Shown: one piece after another, positions 31,372 through 41,939 of the stretch | Numbering within the stretch: the first letter of the stretch is position 1 | How the letters are laid out: each line of letters opens with the position of its first letter | Assembly (NCBI GenBank): GCA_963762565.1 | Contig: CAVXLD010000001.1 | Location: 672,001 to 736,000, forward strand | Direction of reading: 5' to 3' | DNA length: 64,000 bases | Origin: an uncultured Verrucomicrobiae bacterium | GTDB lineage: Bacteria > Verrucomicrobiota > Verrucomicrobiia > Chthoniobacterales > JAFAMB01 | The notes under the pieces: model-generated | What the model was told of the DNA's origin: nothing | Databases searched by the model: none | Seen by the model: only the letters and a program-made list of their open reading frames with translations | Position numbers and translations under genes: made by a program

Positions 31372-33453
31372 ATGCCCACGGCGCCGAGCGCATCAAAACC
31401 GCGGCAGACGATCGGATTTCGAACCGCAATCTTGCAGCTCATCCTGGGCGCTCTTCTTTTCTCGGTGGGAACAATCGGGATAGTTGGCTACATCAACGAG
31501 GAACGGACCCTCGAGGAAATCCGGCAAAAGCATTTTAGCTTGGTTAGTCTCACCCTTTCCCGCGAGGTAAGCCGGATCCTCGAACCTGCAGAACGGATAT
31601 TGCCGGAGCTCAAGAATTTGACTGATCGAGGGTTGATTAACCCGCTGGATTCGGATCCACTCGGAATCTTCTTGGCGGAACGGCTTCGCCAAGAAGAGAG
31701 TGTCGGCTGGCTCAGTTTTACTGATTCTGCAACCGGCGCCTTCACCAGTGCATGGCGGGATAGCGAAGGCGGCATCGGAGTCAACCACGCCGATCCGAAT
31801 GTCGATAGCGGTCGGCCCAAGGAATTCCTCTTAAACTTAGATGGTTCGCGTTCGCGGCTACCGCCTCGAAACGCAGCCTCCAACGATCCGCGGAGTCGCT
31901 CCTGGTACCAGAACGCTGTCGCCGCCGATGGCACGATCGTGTGGACTAAACCCTACAACTTCAACGAAGGAACCACTGGTATCAGCGCCTGCATGGCGAT
32001 TTACAAACAGGGACGATTAACCGGAGTGTTCACGGCAGACTTCACCACCAGCGATATCAATGTATTCCTGAACCGGGTCATTCAAGATCGTAAACTCTTG
32101 CTTTTCGTCGATACGTTGTCCGGTGACACGCTCGGTGTCGCCGCAGAAATGTCGCTGCCGAGCGACGCCCTGCTGGCACAATCCCGGAAACTATACCAAC
32201 TCGACCAATCCAAGCTGGGAACGGGGCATATCAGTTTTCGCTCCTTTCGGCTTGCCGGAGAGAGCTACGTTTCGGTGGTTACACCGTTTACCTTACCGAG
32301 CGGCCTGACCTTTCTCACGGGCGTGGTGGGACTCGAAAGCGACTTCTTGGGCTCAGCCAGAAACAATCTGGCGATCACCGCCGTCATCGGTTTAGTTGCG
32401 CTTGTCGCCGGCACGTTGTTTGCCATCTGGCTATCTCATCAGCTGGCGACACCACTCACTAAACTCAGTCACGACCTTGAGCAGGTAGGCAGATTTGAAC
32501 TGACCAATCTGCCGCCACCGAGGTCTGCCGTGCGCGAAATTGTCATTGTCGGTGACTCGCTTGATCGCATGAAATCCGGGCTACGTTCCTTTGTAAAATA
32601 CGTTCCCCGGGATGTGGTTAGAGATTTGATCCTGCAAAAACAAGATGCCGCTCGCGGTGGCGCGCTGCGCCGGCTCACTTTGTTTTTCTCGGACGTCGCC
32701 GGTTTCACCAGGATCAGCGAGAATTTGAGTCCAACCGAAGTTTTTGCGGAGTTGGGCGATTATTTCGAACTGGTCACCGATATCGTCGTCGAAAGATTTG
32801 GGGGAACGCTGGACAAGTTCGTTGGAGACGGGATCGTGGCGTTTTTTAACGCTCCCGGCGCAATGGAAAAGCACGCTGAGATCGCATGCCAAGCCGCTTT
32901 GGAAGTGGTGAAAAAGCTTTCCGATATAGAGCCGGAGCGGCGTGCTGCCAACCGACCGATCTTCAAAACCCGGATTGGCTTGCATACCGGCGAGGTATTG
33001 GTCGGTAACATTGGAACCCAACAGCGATTGTCCTATTCGACTATTGGCGACGCGGTTAACTTATCGAGCCGATTGGAAGGGTTAAATAAGCTTTACGGCA
33101 CTTTGATTCTGGCGAGTGGCCAAACCAAGACCGAGACCGGCGGCCGGTTCGAGTGGAGGTTTGTGGATCGGGTGGCGGTCCTTGGACGAAGCCAGGGCAC
33201 CGATGTGTTTGAGTTACTCGGCTATCGGAACGCAGTGGCACCAAGCAAACTCGAGCTTCGAGATGAGTATGAGGATGGTCTCCAGAAATACTTCGAGGGA
33301 GATTTTCAAAGGGCCGCTCTCCACTTCGCAGCGGTTCTGGCGCAGAAGCCCGAAGATGGCGCCAGCCAGGTGCTGCTCGCTCGGTGCAACCAGCTTGCAC
33401 TCCGGCCTACCCCCGATCTGTGGTCGGGTATCTATGAACTGCTGGAGAAATAG
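31372..33453 (+). CDS. Class III adenylate/guanylate cyclase with Cache sensor, HAMP and C-terminal TPR-like tail
   Basis: Two TMs; FSDVAGFT, DKFVGDG, RIGLHTG, GDAVNLSSRLEG. Confidence 0.93.
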   Translation: MPTAPSASKPRQTIGFRTAILQLILGALLFSVGTIGIVGYINEERTLEEIRQKHFSLVSLTLSREVSRILEPAERILPELKNLTDRGLINPLDSDPLGIFLAERLRQEESVGWLSFTDSATGAFTSAWRDSEGGIGVNHADPNVDSGRPKEFLLNLDGSRSRLPPRNAASNDPRSRSWYQNAVAADGTIVWTKPYNFNEGTTGISACMAIYKQGRLTGVFTADFTTSDINVFLNRVIQDRKLLLFVDTLSGDTLGVAAEMSLPSDALLAQSRKLYQLDQSKLGTGHISFRSFRLAGESYVSVVTPFTLPSGLTFLTGVVGLESDFLGSARNNLAITAVIGLVALVAGTLFAIWLSHQLATPLTKLSHDLEQVGRFELTNLPPPRSAVREIVIVGDSLDRMKSGLRSFVKYVPRDVVRDLILQKQDAARGGALRRLTLFFSDVAGFTRISENLSPTEVFAELGDYFELVTDIVVERFGGTLDKFVGDGIVAFFNAPGAMEKHAEIACQAALEVVKKLSDIEPERRAANRPIFKTRIGLHTGEVLVGNIGTQQRLSYSTIGDAVNLSSRLEGLNKLYGTLILASGQTKTETGGRFEWRFVDRVAVLGRSQGTDVFELLGYRNAVAPSKLELRDEYEDGLQKYFEGDFQRAALHFAAVLAQKPEDGASQVLLARCNQLALRPTPDLWSGIYELLEK

Positions 33454-33581
33454 CGCACGGTTCGGGGGTTCGCGGTTCGTCCTCGTCCTCGATTGGGGCT
33501 CCAGGGCGGTTGGCCGTTTAGAGTTTCGTTCCCATGTCCTATTGGTCCCATAAGTCCCATCCGTGCTACGTCTCCTGGCTA

Positions 33582-33692
33582 CTAGTGTCCTGTCCCATAA
33601 ATGATGTGGCTTTCGCCGTCGGCCAGTTGGCTGTTTTTCAAGGCGCGAGCGACGCGCCCATATCTGGTTCCTACGGGTCGAGCGAGCAACGA
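33582..33692 (+). mobile_element. Truncated copy of the CTAG-bounded MITE
   Basis: ctagtgtcctgtcccataaatgatgtggctttcgcc...gagcgagcaacg matches the left part of 37725-38020. Confidence 0.85.
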
Positions 33693-33794
33693 CGAGGACG
33701 AGAAACGACGCTGCAAACCGCCAACCGCCAACCGTGAACGGTGAACTCTTTCGGGCTTGCTAACCACCGCAGCTTCCTCGAAGAATCTTCACCA

Positions 33795-35021
33795 ATGTCG
33801 ATTGTCGTCCAAAAGTACGGCGGCAGCAGTGTGGCTGATGTCGGTAAGCTTCGTTTGGTGGCTGATCGGATCATGCGAACGAAGAAAGAGGGACACGACG
33901 TTGTGGTTGTCGTTTCCGCAATGGGCGACACGACGGACGACCTGCTCGCCTTAGCCAAACAGATCTCGGCTAACCCCGACCGGCGTGAACTCGATATGTT
34001 GTTGTCGGCGGGCGAAAGGATCTCGATGGCGCTGCTTTCGCTGGCCATACGTGAGTTGGGTGGAGACGCGATTAGTTTCACCGGTAGCCAGTCTGGTATC
34101 ATTACAAACGACCGCCATATCGATGCTCGAATCATCGAAGTACGACCGTTCCGGGTCCAGGACGAGCTAGCCAGGGGAAAAATCGTCGTGGTCGCAGGTT
34201 ATCAGGGTGTCTCGTATCGCAAAGAGATTACAACTCTTGGACGAGGCGGCAGTGATACCACTGCAGTAGCGATGGCAGCCGCGCTCGGAGCAGAGTGGTG
34301 TGAGATCTGCTCGGATGTCGACGGGGTATATACCGCTGACCCACGCGTGGTTCCTGCAGCTGAAAGGATCGGCGTTCTCTCTTACGAGGAAACTCAGGAG
34401 CTTGCTGAGTCCGGCGCTAAAGTTTTGAATGCTCAAGCGGTCGAGTTTGCCAAGGAAAAAGGGATCGCCATTTATGCCCGCGCCACCTCAGGCGCTCTCC
34501 CTGGTAAGGATCCTTCCCTGGATGGCACCGTGGTCCGAAAGCTGGCTCCTAGGTTGCCCGGGTCCGTGATCGGCGTGGCGAGTGAAAAAGAGGTGCTTTT
34601 GATTCAATCACGCAACATTAGCGGACTGTTGCAGGTAATGGATGATTTTGGCTGCCCAGGTAAGCAGCTCCATCTGTCCTCAACGGGCGGGGACCAAGAC
34701 GGTCTCACATTGGTGATCTCAAAAGAAAATCTGCATCAAGGCCCGAAACTGCAGGCACAATTAACCAAGCAGGACCCAGGCTCACACTGGAACGATGCGA
34801 TTGGAGCCGTCAGCATTATCGGAGCCGGCATTAACGCTTCTCACGACAAGGTGCGGCGCGGGTCGCAGGCATTGGAGAAAGCCGGCATTCGATACCACAG
34901 TTTAGCGACATCGTCTTTCCGGGTTACCTGGCTGGTGGACCGGGAAAAGGTCGAAGAGGCGGTCCGACTGCTTCACGGTTTGTTTATTGAGGCGAAAGAG
35001 CCGGTTGTGCCGTTGGAGTAA
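33795..35021 (+). CDS. lysC: Aspartate kinase
   Basis: [40 protein letters not shown]-like C-terminus. Confidence 0.95.
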   Translation: MSIVVQKYGGSSVADVGKLRLVADRIMRTKKEGHDVVVVVSAMGDTTDDLLALAKQISANPDRRELDMLLSAGERISMALLSLAIRELGGDAISFTGSQSGIITNDRHIDARIIEVRPFRVQDELARGKIVVVAGYQGVSYRKEITTLGRGGSDTTAVAMAAALGAEWCEICSDVDGVYTADPRVVPAAERIGVLSYEETQELAESGAKVLNAQAVEFAKEKGIAIYARATSGALPGKDPSLDGTVVRKLAPRLPGSVIGVASEKEVLLIQSRNISGLLQVMDDFGCPGKQLHLSSTGGDQDGLTLVISKENLHQGPKLQAQLTKQDPGSHWNDAIGAVSIIGAGINASHDKVRRGSQALEKAGIRYHSLATSSFRVTWLVDREKVEEAVRLLHGLFIEAKEPVVPLE

Positions 35022-35456
35022 GGGGCCGTGGCCTTCGTACACGTCCTCGTCCTCGACTTGGTGGGGCGAGGCTCCCGAACTTGTCTAACGGTTGGAACCA
35101 AGCGATCGGTAATGCCACCGTATCGTGCTGTTAGGCCTAAATTCGCGCCGAGCCGTGGTCCATGGTGGGCCACGGCTCGGCGCGCCTCTTGGTCTTGTTC
35201 ATTCAACTCTCGGCGTTCAAAACGTGCACCGCTGGTCGATTGTCACGCTCTTCGGGAGCCTCGCCCTACCAAGTCCAGAACGAGTACGAAGAGCAGTGGT
35301 CCAGCCACTTAGTCGAATCGGGCGCGGATTTCTCGCCTACCAGAAAAAAAGAAAAAGCTGGCTCGATCAGAGGGGGAACGGTTCTGGGGGCCAATCGAGC
35401 CAGCAATGAAACGCTATGAAAAATTGATTCCTATTCAACAATTTTTTTAGGGAATT

Positions 35457-36383
35457 TTACGGCGCCGCCAACCAAATCTCTACCACCCGATTTTTGTCAG
35501 GGGTTCCATGGCCGAAAAACTCTGAACCACCCATGCCAACGGCTCGAATCGTGTTTACGATCTTGGCTTGGGTCTCCAAAATCTTCTCGATAGCATCAGC
35601 GCGTTGCTTCGAGATCTCCATGTTTTGTGCTTGGTTCCCTTGCTTGTCTGCGTAGCCCGCGACCACGAACACAACGGTTGGGTCTTCGTAAAGCTTCTGA
35701 TATTCGGGCTTCTTCAAGTACTCTAACAGATGGTCGATCTGAAACTGCTCCGGACGGGCCTTCCCGGATGGGAACGGGATAATCGCGAGCTTGGTAAACC
35801 CGCGAGCTCGTTCAACTTGAGCGTAGAGATAGTCTCGTTCCTTCTGAGAAACGTCTTTCAGCAAGTCGATTCGGGACAACACTTCTTTTCGGACCTCCGC
35901 CTCCTCGGCTGCGTCATATTTCACGGTGGGAAACGCTTGAGCACTAGCGGAAGCTTGAGCCTCAGTATTTGACTGTTCGGCCGCGGACGCAGTGGGAGTT
36001 TCAGACGCCTGAGCCGGGGTCTCACCGGGAGTCGCTGTGGCTTCGGGCGTTGGTGACTGCGTTTCCTCCGGTGTGGTCAGAGGAGTCGGGGACGCGGCGG
36101 GCTCTGGAGTCGGCGTGGATGTCTCTGTCGGAACCGGTGTCGCCGTCGGAGTCGATTCCGGTGTCTGTACCGGAGATGGAGAGGGAGTGGCAATTGGCGT
36201 CGCTTGTTCTTGAGCTACATACGGAGTCGGAGACGCGCCCGTCTTCTGTAGGCCTCTGCCGATCAGTTGTATGTACGCGAAAATTCCGCCGGCTAAGAAG
36301 AAAATAACAGCGGCAAGAGCAAAAAGCGCCGGTGGTGACAACGCGATTTTTGGCTCACTATCCTTAGGGTTTTGGTCCGGCAT
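35457..36383 (-). CDS. Single-pass membrane protein with Pro/Thr linker and OmpA-like C-terminal domain
   Basis: TM helix, PT-rich linker, GYAD.QG...N..IS..RA and NRVVE motifs. Confidence 0.85.
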   Translation of the reverse strand: MPDQNPKDSEPKIALSPPALFALAAVIFFLAGGIFAYIQLIGRGLQKTGASPTPYVAQEQATPIATPSPSPVQTPESTPTATPVPTETSTPTPEPAASPTPLTTPEETQSPTPEATATPGETPAQASETPTASAAEQSNTEAQASASAQAFPTVKYDAAEEAEVRKEVLSRIDLLKDVSQKERDYLYAQVERARGFTKLAIIPFPSGKARPEQFQIDHLLEYLKKPEYQKLYEDPTVVFVVAGYADKQGNQAQNMEISKQRADAIEKILETQAKIVNTIRAVGMGGSEFFGHGTPDKNRVVEIWLAAP

Positions 36384-36560
36384 AAGCTAACGCATCGAGA
36401 TAAAGGACGGGAACGACCAGCATATCTAAATAGATACGCGATGAGTGAGCAACGTGGAAAATTGACCCACCCCCGACGGAAGGGGTTTTAGGTTATACGT
36501 TTTAGGTTTTAGGTTTTAGGTTCCGAGCCGCACAACGAAAGCGGCAACCCAGCGCAGTCC

Positions 36561-37728
36561 CTAGTGTGTTGAAAGATAAGTCAGTAACATTAGTGTTGTA
36601 ATCAGTGTAGGCAAGCTGTAATAATGGGAGGATGGCGAAGGGACGACCGGTTAAACCAATTAGACTAAGCAAAGAGCAGGAAGAGAAACTGAGGTTAATC
36701 GAGCGGCGGCCTAGTAGTCAGCAGAGTTTGGCGCTGCGAGCCAAAGTGATATTGGAATGTGCTCAAGGCAAAAGCAATCTGGAGGTAGCCAAAGAATTAG
36801 GCGTTTGTCAGCACATGGTGGGGAAATGGAGGCGGCGCTTTATTGAGCAGTCCTTGGAAGGCTTAGTCGATGCGCCCCGCAGCGGAGCGCCACGAGAGAT
36901 CTCCGATGAGAAAGTAGAAGAAGTGGTGACAAAGACATTGGAGACTACGCCCGCTGCTAGAACCCATTGGAGCAGTTGGCTCATGGCTAAGGAAGCCGGC
37001 ATTTCCCAAGATTCGGTTCGACGGATCTGGCAAGCCTTCGGTTTAAAGCCGCACTTAGTAAAGAGCTTCAAACTCAGCACCGATCCGATGTTTGTCGAAA
37101 AGGTACGCGACATCGTGGGCTTATATTTATATCCGCCCCAGAAGGCCATCGTGCTGTGTGTCGATGAAAAGAGTCAAACCCAAGCTCTAGAAAGAACCCA
37201 GCTGATCTTGCCGATGAAGCCGGGCTACCCAGAGCGCCAGAGCCACGACTATTATCGTCAGGGGGTGGTTTCACTCTTTAGCGCTTACGAGGTAGCGACC
37301 GGTCGAGTCATTGGCAAATGCCACAGTCGTCATCGTGAAGAGGAATTCTTGAAATTTATGCAACTCATCGATACCAAATTCCCCGGCTCGGCTCCCATTC
37401 ACCTGGTGCTGGATAATTTGGCCACTCACAAGACGCCCCGAGTGCGCAACTGGTTTGCCCGCCGACCTCGATACGTTTTGCATTTTACCCCTACGGGCAG
37501 CTCCTGGATTAATCAGGTCGAACGCTGGTTTGCCAAAATCACTACTCAAGCCATTCGCCGTGGCAATTTCCGTTCCGTTAAACATCTCATCCAAGCCATC
37601 GACGACTATATCGCCCAGCACAACCAGGACCCAAAACCCTTCCAGTGGACCGCCACACCCGAGAGCATCTTCGCCAATCTAGAAGCCTCCCTAACTTAAT
37701 GTTACTTACTTATCTTTCAGCACACTAG
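36561..37728 (+). mobile_element. IS630-family insertion sequence
   Basis: 32-bp terminal IRs with 2 mismatches (ctagtgtgttgaaagataagtcagtaacatta / taatgttacttacttatctttcagcacactag); TA within CTAG at both ends. Confidence 0.95.
36632..37699 (+). CDS. IS630-family transposase (intact, 355 aa)
   Basis: HTH with PRSGAP, THWS; DDE residues in VDEK, LDN and QVER; KPFQW; SD GGGAGG. Confidence 0.96.
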   Translation: MAKGRPVKPIRLSKEQEEKLRLIERRPSSQQSLALRAKVILECAQGKSNLEVAKELGVCQHMVGKWRRRFIEQSLEGLVDAPRSGAPREISDEKVEEVVTKTLETTPAARTHWSSWLMAKEAGISQDSVRRIWQAFGLKPHLVKSFKLSTDPMFVEKVRDIVGLYLYPPQKAIVLCVDEKSQTQALERTQLILPMKPGYPERQSHDYYRQGVVSLFSAYEVATGRVIGKCHSRHREEEFLKFMQLIDTKFPGSAPIHLVLDNLATHKTPRVRNWFARRPRYVLHFTPTGSSWINQVERWFAKITTQAIRRGNFRSVKHLIQAIDDYIAQHNQDPKPFQWTATPESIFANLEASLT

Positions 37729-38020
37729 TGTCCTGTCCCATAAATAACGTGGCTTTCGCCGGCGGTCAGTTGGCTGTTTTTCAAGGCGCGAGCGAAGCGC
37801 CCCTATCTGGTTCATACGGGTCGAGCGAGCAACGCGGAAAAACAGCCAACTGGCCACGGCCCGGAGGGTTGCGATGAAAATGGGCCGGCGGCTGCGTTGC
37901 TCGTCGGTTACGTATCGATCAAGATATGCGCCCTCTACCGCCAGTCCGGCTCGGACCGCCTTGCCGGCGGCCCATTTTGATCGCAACGAAAGCCACGTTA
38001 TTTATGGGACAGGACACTAG
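37725..38020. mobile_element. 296-bp MITE with perfect 34-bp TIRs
   Basis: ctagtgtcctgtcccataaataacgtggctttcg ... cgaaagccacgttatttatgggacaggacactag; no convincing coding capacity. Confidence 0.92.
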
Positions 38021-38082
38021 GTCCAAAGCGCAACTTAAAACGTAAAACCTATAACTTATAACCTAGAACTTATAAGGCCTGC

Positions 38083-38886
38083 TCACGGCTGAACCGCCCA
38101 GACTTCGACGACCCGGTTCTTTTCCTTGTTCGTCTTGTCGAAGAGCTCTTGACCGCCCATCCCGATCGAGTGCATCAGATTGGTTAGCTTCAATCGGGCC
38201 TCAATCATTTTCTGTACGGACTCAGCTCGAGTTCGCGAGATTTCGAGGTTACTGGCTTCGTTGCCCTGAGTATCGGCGTACCCGACGAACATCAGGACAA
38301 CGGTTGGATCACTTAGCAGCTTTTGAACGCCTGCGTCCTGGATACGCTTGATCAGATCATCGATCTGAGCGGCGCCGGGCGCCGTACGGCCACTTTGAAA
38401 CGGGACGAGTGTGACTTTAGTGAAACCACGGGCCCGTTCGATCTGAGCGTAGAGCTGGTCTTTCTCCTTGTCGGAGAGGTTACGCATTAGGTCAACCCGC
38501 GTAAGCACTTCCCTGCGCGTGTCTTCCTCCTCCTTGGCGTCCGAGCTTGCCGCCGGTGAGTTCACCGTAACCGGCGTGCCGCTCGCCCCGGCGACCGCCG
38601 TTTCGTCTTTTATCGCCGTTGCTGTTATTGCTGCCGTCGGGCTCGTTCGTGCCGAAGTCGACGGGGTAGCACTGGCAACGACCGGACTGGCCTCCCCAGC
38701 ATGTCGTTTCGCCATCACGGCTTCATATACAATGAAGCCTGCTATCCCAAACGCGATTAGGGCAAAGAAGGTCGCTAGCCCCACAATGACCCAAACCCCG
38801 GATGGGGTCTTACTTTTCGGTTGAACTAACTTCTGGAATCCGTCGCCGAGGGACTGCTCGGCCGGATCAATGGGCTCTTTGGGCAT
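38083..38886 (-). CDS. OmpA-like domain membrane protein, paralogue of 35457-36383
   Basis: Shares EVL.R.DL, LYAQ.ERARGFTK, DPTVV, GYAD, GMGG and KNRVVE.W with that protein. Confidence 0.85.
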   Translation of the reverse strand: MPKEPIDPAEQSLGDGFQKLVQPKSKTPSGVWVIVGLATFFALIAFGIAGFIVYEAVMAKRHAGEASPVVASATPSTSARTSPTAAITATAIKDETAVAGASGTPVTVNSPAASSDAKEEEDTRREVLTRVDLMRNLSDKEKDQLYAQIERARGFTKVTLVPFQSGRTAPGAAQIDDLIKRIQDAGVQKLLSDPTVVLMFVGYADTQGNEASNLEISRTRAESVQKMIEARLKLTNLMHSIGMGGQELFDKTNKEKNRVVEVWAVQP

Positions 38887-39004
38887 TATCTAGTGTAGTT
38901 TAGCCTTTCTCGCAGATAAATGCATCACGCATTAGCCTGCGCCTTCCGGAAATGCCTATATGCATTTGCGGGGGGCGCAGGCTGTGCCATTTTTGACCTC
39001 TCCT

Positions 39005-40369
39005 ATGAGCCAAAAGAAGGCCGGTTCAGATCGAATGGAAAAGATAGTCAGCTTATGCAAGCGGCGAGGCTTCGTTTTTCAATCGAGCGAAATTTATGGA
39101 GGATTAAATGGCTGCTGGGACTACGGGCCGCTGGGGGTCGAGTTAAGACGGAACCTCAAAGAATTCTGGTGGCGCCGGATGGTAAGGGAACGAGACGATG
39201 TCGTCGGTCTGGACGGATCGATCCTCATGAATCGACAGGTGTGGGTAGCAAGCGGGCATGAGACCACCTTCAGCGACCCTATGGTGGACTGTCGCAACTG
39301 TAAATCCCGGCTCAGAGCAGATCAGCTCCCGGAGAAAGATGGTCGGAAGCAATGCCCGGTCTGCGGCAGCTTCGACCTGACTGAACCCAGGGCGTTCAAC
39401 CTGATGTTTAAGACTTTTGTGGGCGCCACCGAAGATGACTCAGCGATTGCCTATCTCCGGCCTGAAACTGCGCAGGCGATCTTTGTACAGTTTCGAAACG
39501 TGCTTGAGGTCTCACGGAAGAAACTCCCGTTCGGTATCGCCCAAATCGGCAAGGCATTTCGAAACGAGATCAATCCGCGAAACTTCATTTTCAGGTCCCG
39601 CGAGTTCGAGCAGATGGAGTTAGAATATTTCTGCTTTCCGAGTCAAGGCCTTGAGCTGCTCGATTATTGGCTTAAGGAGCGGCTCCGCTTCTACGCCGAT
39701 ATCGGCTTGTCCTCCGATCAACTTCACGTTCATCAAATACCGCCTGAGGAGCGCTCCCATTATTCAAAGGGGACCTACGACATCGAATTCGAATTCCCAT
39801 TCGGGGTTCAGGAACTCGAAGGGATCGCTTACCGGACTGATTACGATTTGAGCCAACACCAAAAGTTCAGCGGAAAGCCATTGGAGTATTTTGACGAAGA
39901 GACCAAGTCGCATCTTGTGCCCCATGTAGTCGAGCCAAGTGCCGGCGTCGATCGGACGATGTTGGCGTTATTATGCGCAGCGTACGACGAAGAAACCGTC
40001 ACCGACGATAAAGGGAAATCGGAAACTAGAACGGTTCTCCGGTTTCACCCGCGAATCGCTCCGATCAAGTGCGGTGTATTTCCGTTGCTCAAAAACAACG
40101 AAGAGCTGGTCAGAAAGGCCAAAGAGATTGTGGAGATGCTGCGTGGGCAAATATCGGTTTTCTACGATGAGACCGGCGCGATTGGCCGGCGTTATCGCCG
40201 GCAAGACGAGGCGGGAACGCCTTTCGGGATTACCGTTGACTTCGATACGATCGGAGAAAATGGTCCGGCTAACCGGGACACGGTAACGGTTCGCTATCGC
40301 GATTCGATGGAGCAAAAGCGCTTGGCGATCGCTGAGGTACCGGCCTTTTTGCGGGAACAGGTCGCTTGA
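39005..40369 (+). CDS. glyQS: Glycine--tRNA ligase (alpha2 type)
   Basis: YLRPETAQ, FRNEI, REFEQME, EPSAG, IGRRYRRQDE. Confidence 0.97.
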   Translation: MSQKKAGSDRMEKIVSLCKRRGFVFQSSEIYGGLNGCWDYGPLGVELRRNLKEFWWRRMVRERDDVVGLDGSILMNRQVWVASGHETTFSDPMVDCRNCKSRLRADQLPEKDGRKQCPVCGSFDLTEPRAFNLMFKTFVGATEDDSAIAYLRPETAQAIFVQFRNVLEVSRKKLPFGIAQIGKAFRNEINPRNFIFRSREFEQMELEYFCFPSQGLELLDYWLKERLRFYADIGLSSDQLHVHQIPPEERSHYSKGTYDIEFEFPFGVQELEGIAYRTDYDLSQHQKFSGKPLEYFDEETKSHLVPHVVEPSAGVDRTMLALLCAAYDEETVTDDKGKSETRTVLRFHPRIAPIKCGVFPLLKNNEELVRKAKEIVEMLRGQISVFYDETGAIGRRYRRQDEAGTPFGITVDFDTIGENGPANRDTVTVRYRDSMEQKRLAIAEVPAFLREQVA

Positions 40370-40515
40370 GGACTTGCCGCTGGTCCCGCAAGTGGACGTA
40401 GTGGACTGAGTGGACGTCGTGGAGGAGCGAACCTTTCACTTCTCACCTCTCACTTTTCACTTCTCACTGCTAAGTGGCGTCTCGTGCGCAAAATGTTATC
40501 TTACCCGGCCCGAAT

Positions 40516-41532
40516 ATGGCGTACTCTTTGGATGATGACGTAGCGGACAGTTCAGTATCGCTGATACGCTGGTTATTGCCGGCCGCGGCGCTTTCTCTGG
40601 TACTGCACGGCGCGCTTTTCTTCGGCTTCAGCAGAAAGATTCTACACAGTTTCGAAACCCCAAACACTCCTCGGCTGGTGCCAAGGGCTTTCAGTGTTAA
40701 TCGGGTGCAAATCGACGAGAAATTGTTGGAGGATCAGGGACAGGAAAGTAAGACTCTTACAAATAACGGCGCGGCCGGCGGCAGCACGAAAGGAGTCACT
40801 CAGTTTGATGGGTCTTTCGAGGAGGACATTAAAGAGCTCCGGGCGACTCCTCAGGTCAGCACACCGCAAGCTCCGGATTTCAAAGAAAAGCCAACCGTCG
40901 ATACCCAAGCGGCCAGGAATGCCGCCACCAAAGCTGAAGTGGAGAGCGCGTTGGTCATGGACAAGGAGCTGAGTGACGCCAGGCAAAAGCTGATCAATGA
41001 AAAGCCGGGTGTCACTGGTCCCAGGCCTAAGTTAGCAACCGGTAACAGGAAAAACCCGGGAAGAGCCGCTAGCGAGGAATCGGGTGACGGCAACATCTCA
41101 GGAGATTCGGGTATCCCATCAGGTTTTAGCAACCTCGATGAACTTCTGTCAGGTTCCGGCCGAGTTGGTAGCGGCACTGCACCGATCTTGATGCCGACCG
41201 ACCTGCTTTTCGAATTTGATTCTGCCGATCTGCGGGAAGGAGCGACGGCCAGCTTGCAGAAGCTGGGCCGGATCATCCAAAGAAATCCGCAAGCGGTCTT
41301 TAAAGTAGAAGGCTACACTGATTCCTTCGGCACTGAAGATTACAATATGGACCTTAGCCAAAGACGCGCTGAAACCGTGAAGGATTGGCTAGTGGAGAAC
41401 ATGAATATCGATCCAGCCCGTATCCAAGCCCAGGGATTCGGGAAGACCCACTTGCTGGTACCCGCTGATCGTTCGGTTGAGCAGCAGCAGTTAAATCGGC
41501 GGGTTGAGATCGTAATCCGCGCGAAAGGATAG
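40516..41532 (+). CDS. OmpA-family membrane-anchored protein
   Basis: TM with SLVLH; LFEFDSA, EGYTDSFG, LSQRRA, NRRVEI. Confidence 0.9.
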   Translation: MAYSLDDDVADSSVSLIRWLLPAAALSLVLHGALFFGFSRKILHSFETPNTPRLVPRAFSVNRVQIDEKLLEDQGQESKTLTNNGAAGGSTKGVTQFDGSFEEDIKELRATPQVSTPQAPDFKEKPTVDTQAARNAATKAEVESALVMDKELSDARQKLINEKPGVTGPRPKLATGNRKNPGRAASEESGDGNISGDSGIPSGFSNLDELLSGSGRVGSGTAPILMPTDLLFEFDSADLREGATASLQKLGRIIQRNPQAVFKVEGYTDSFGTEDYNMDLSQRRAETVKDWLVENMNIDPARIQAQGFGKTHLLVPADRSVEQQQLNRRVEIVIRAKG

Positions 41533-41570
41533 CCTGGTTGATTTTCGGCGTCCCGACCCCATATTCTCTG

Positions 41571-41939
41571 GTGAATCCGGGAGTAGAGGTTAGGTATAAA
41601 ATAGGTAACGAGCGCTTGGTTAAGGTCACCCAAAGGGCGGCAGCCAAGTTGGGCCAGCTTCTGGAACGTCAGGGTCGGCCTACTGGAGCGCTCAGGGTAG
41701 CGGTAATCGGAGGGGGCTGTTCCGGGTTACAGTACAAAATGGATCTCGTCGATGGCCCGATGAATCGCGACATTTTAGTAGAATCAAATCAAGTTCGGGT
41801 TGTGGTTGATCCAAAGAGCGCTTTGTTCGTCAGCGGTTCGCTCGTCGATTTCAGTGATGATCTGCAGAAGGGCGGGTTCAAAGTGACCAACCCTAACGCC
41901 GTCGCTCATTGCTCTTGTGGCGAGAGTTTCTCGGCATGA
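41571..41939 (+). CDS. iscA: HesB/IscA-family Fe-S carrier
   Basis: GGGCSG and CSCGESF; start uncertain. Confidence 0.93.
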   Translation: MNPGVEVRYKIGNERLVKVTQRAAAKLGQLLERQGRPTGALRVAVIGGGCSGLQYKMDLVDGPMNRDILVESNQVRVVVDPKSALFVSGSLVDFSDDLQKGGFKVTNPNAVAHCSCGESFSA

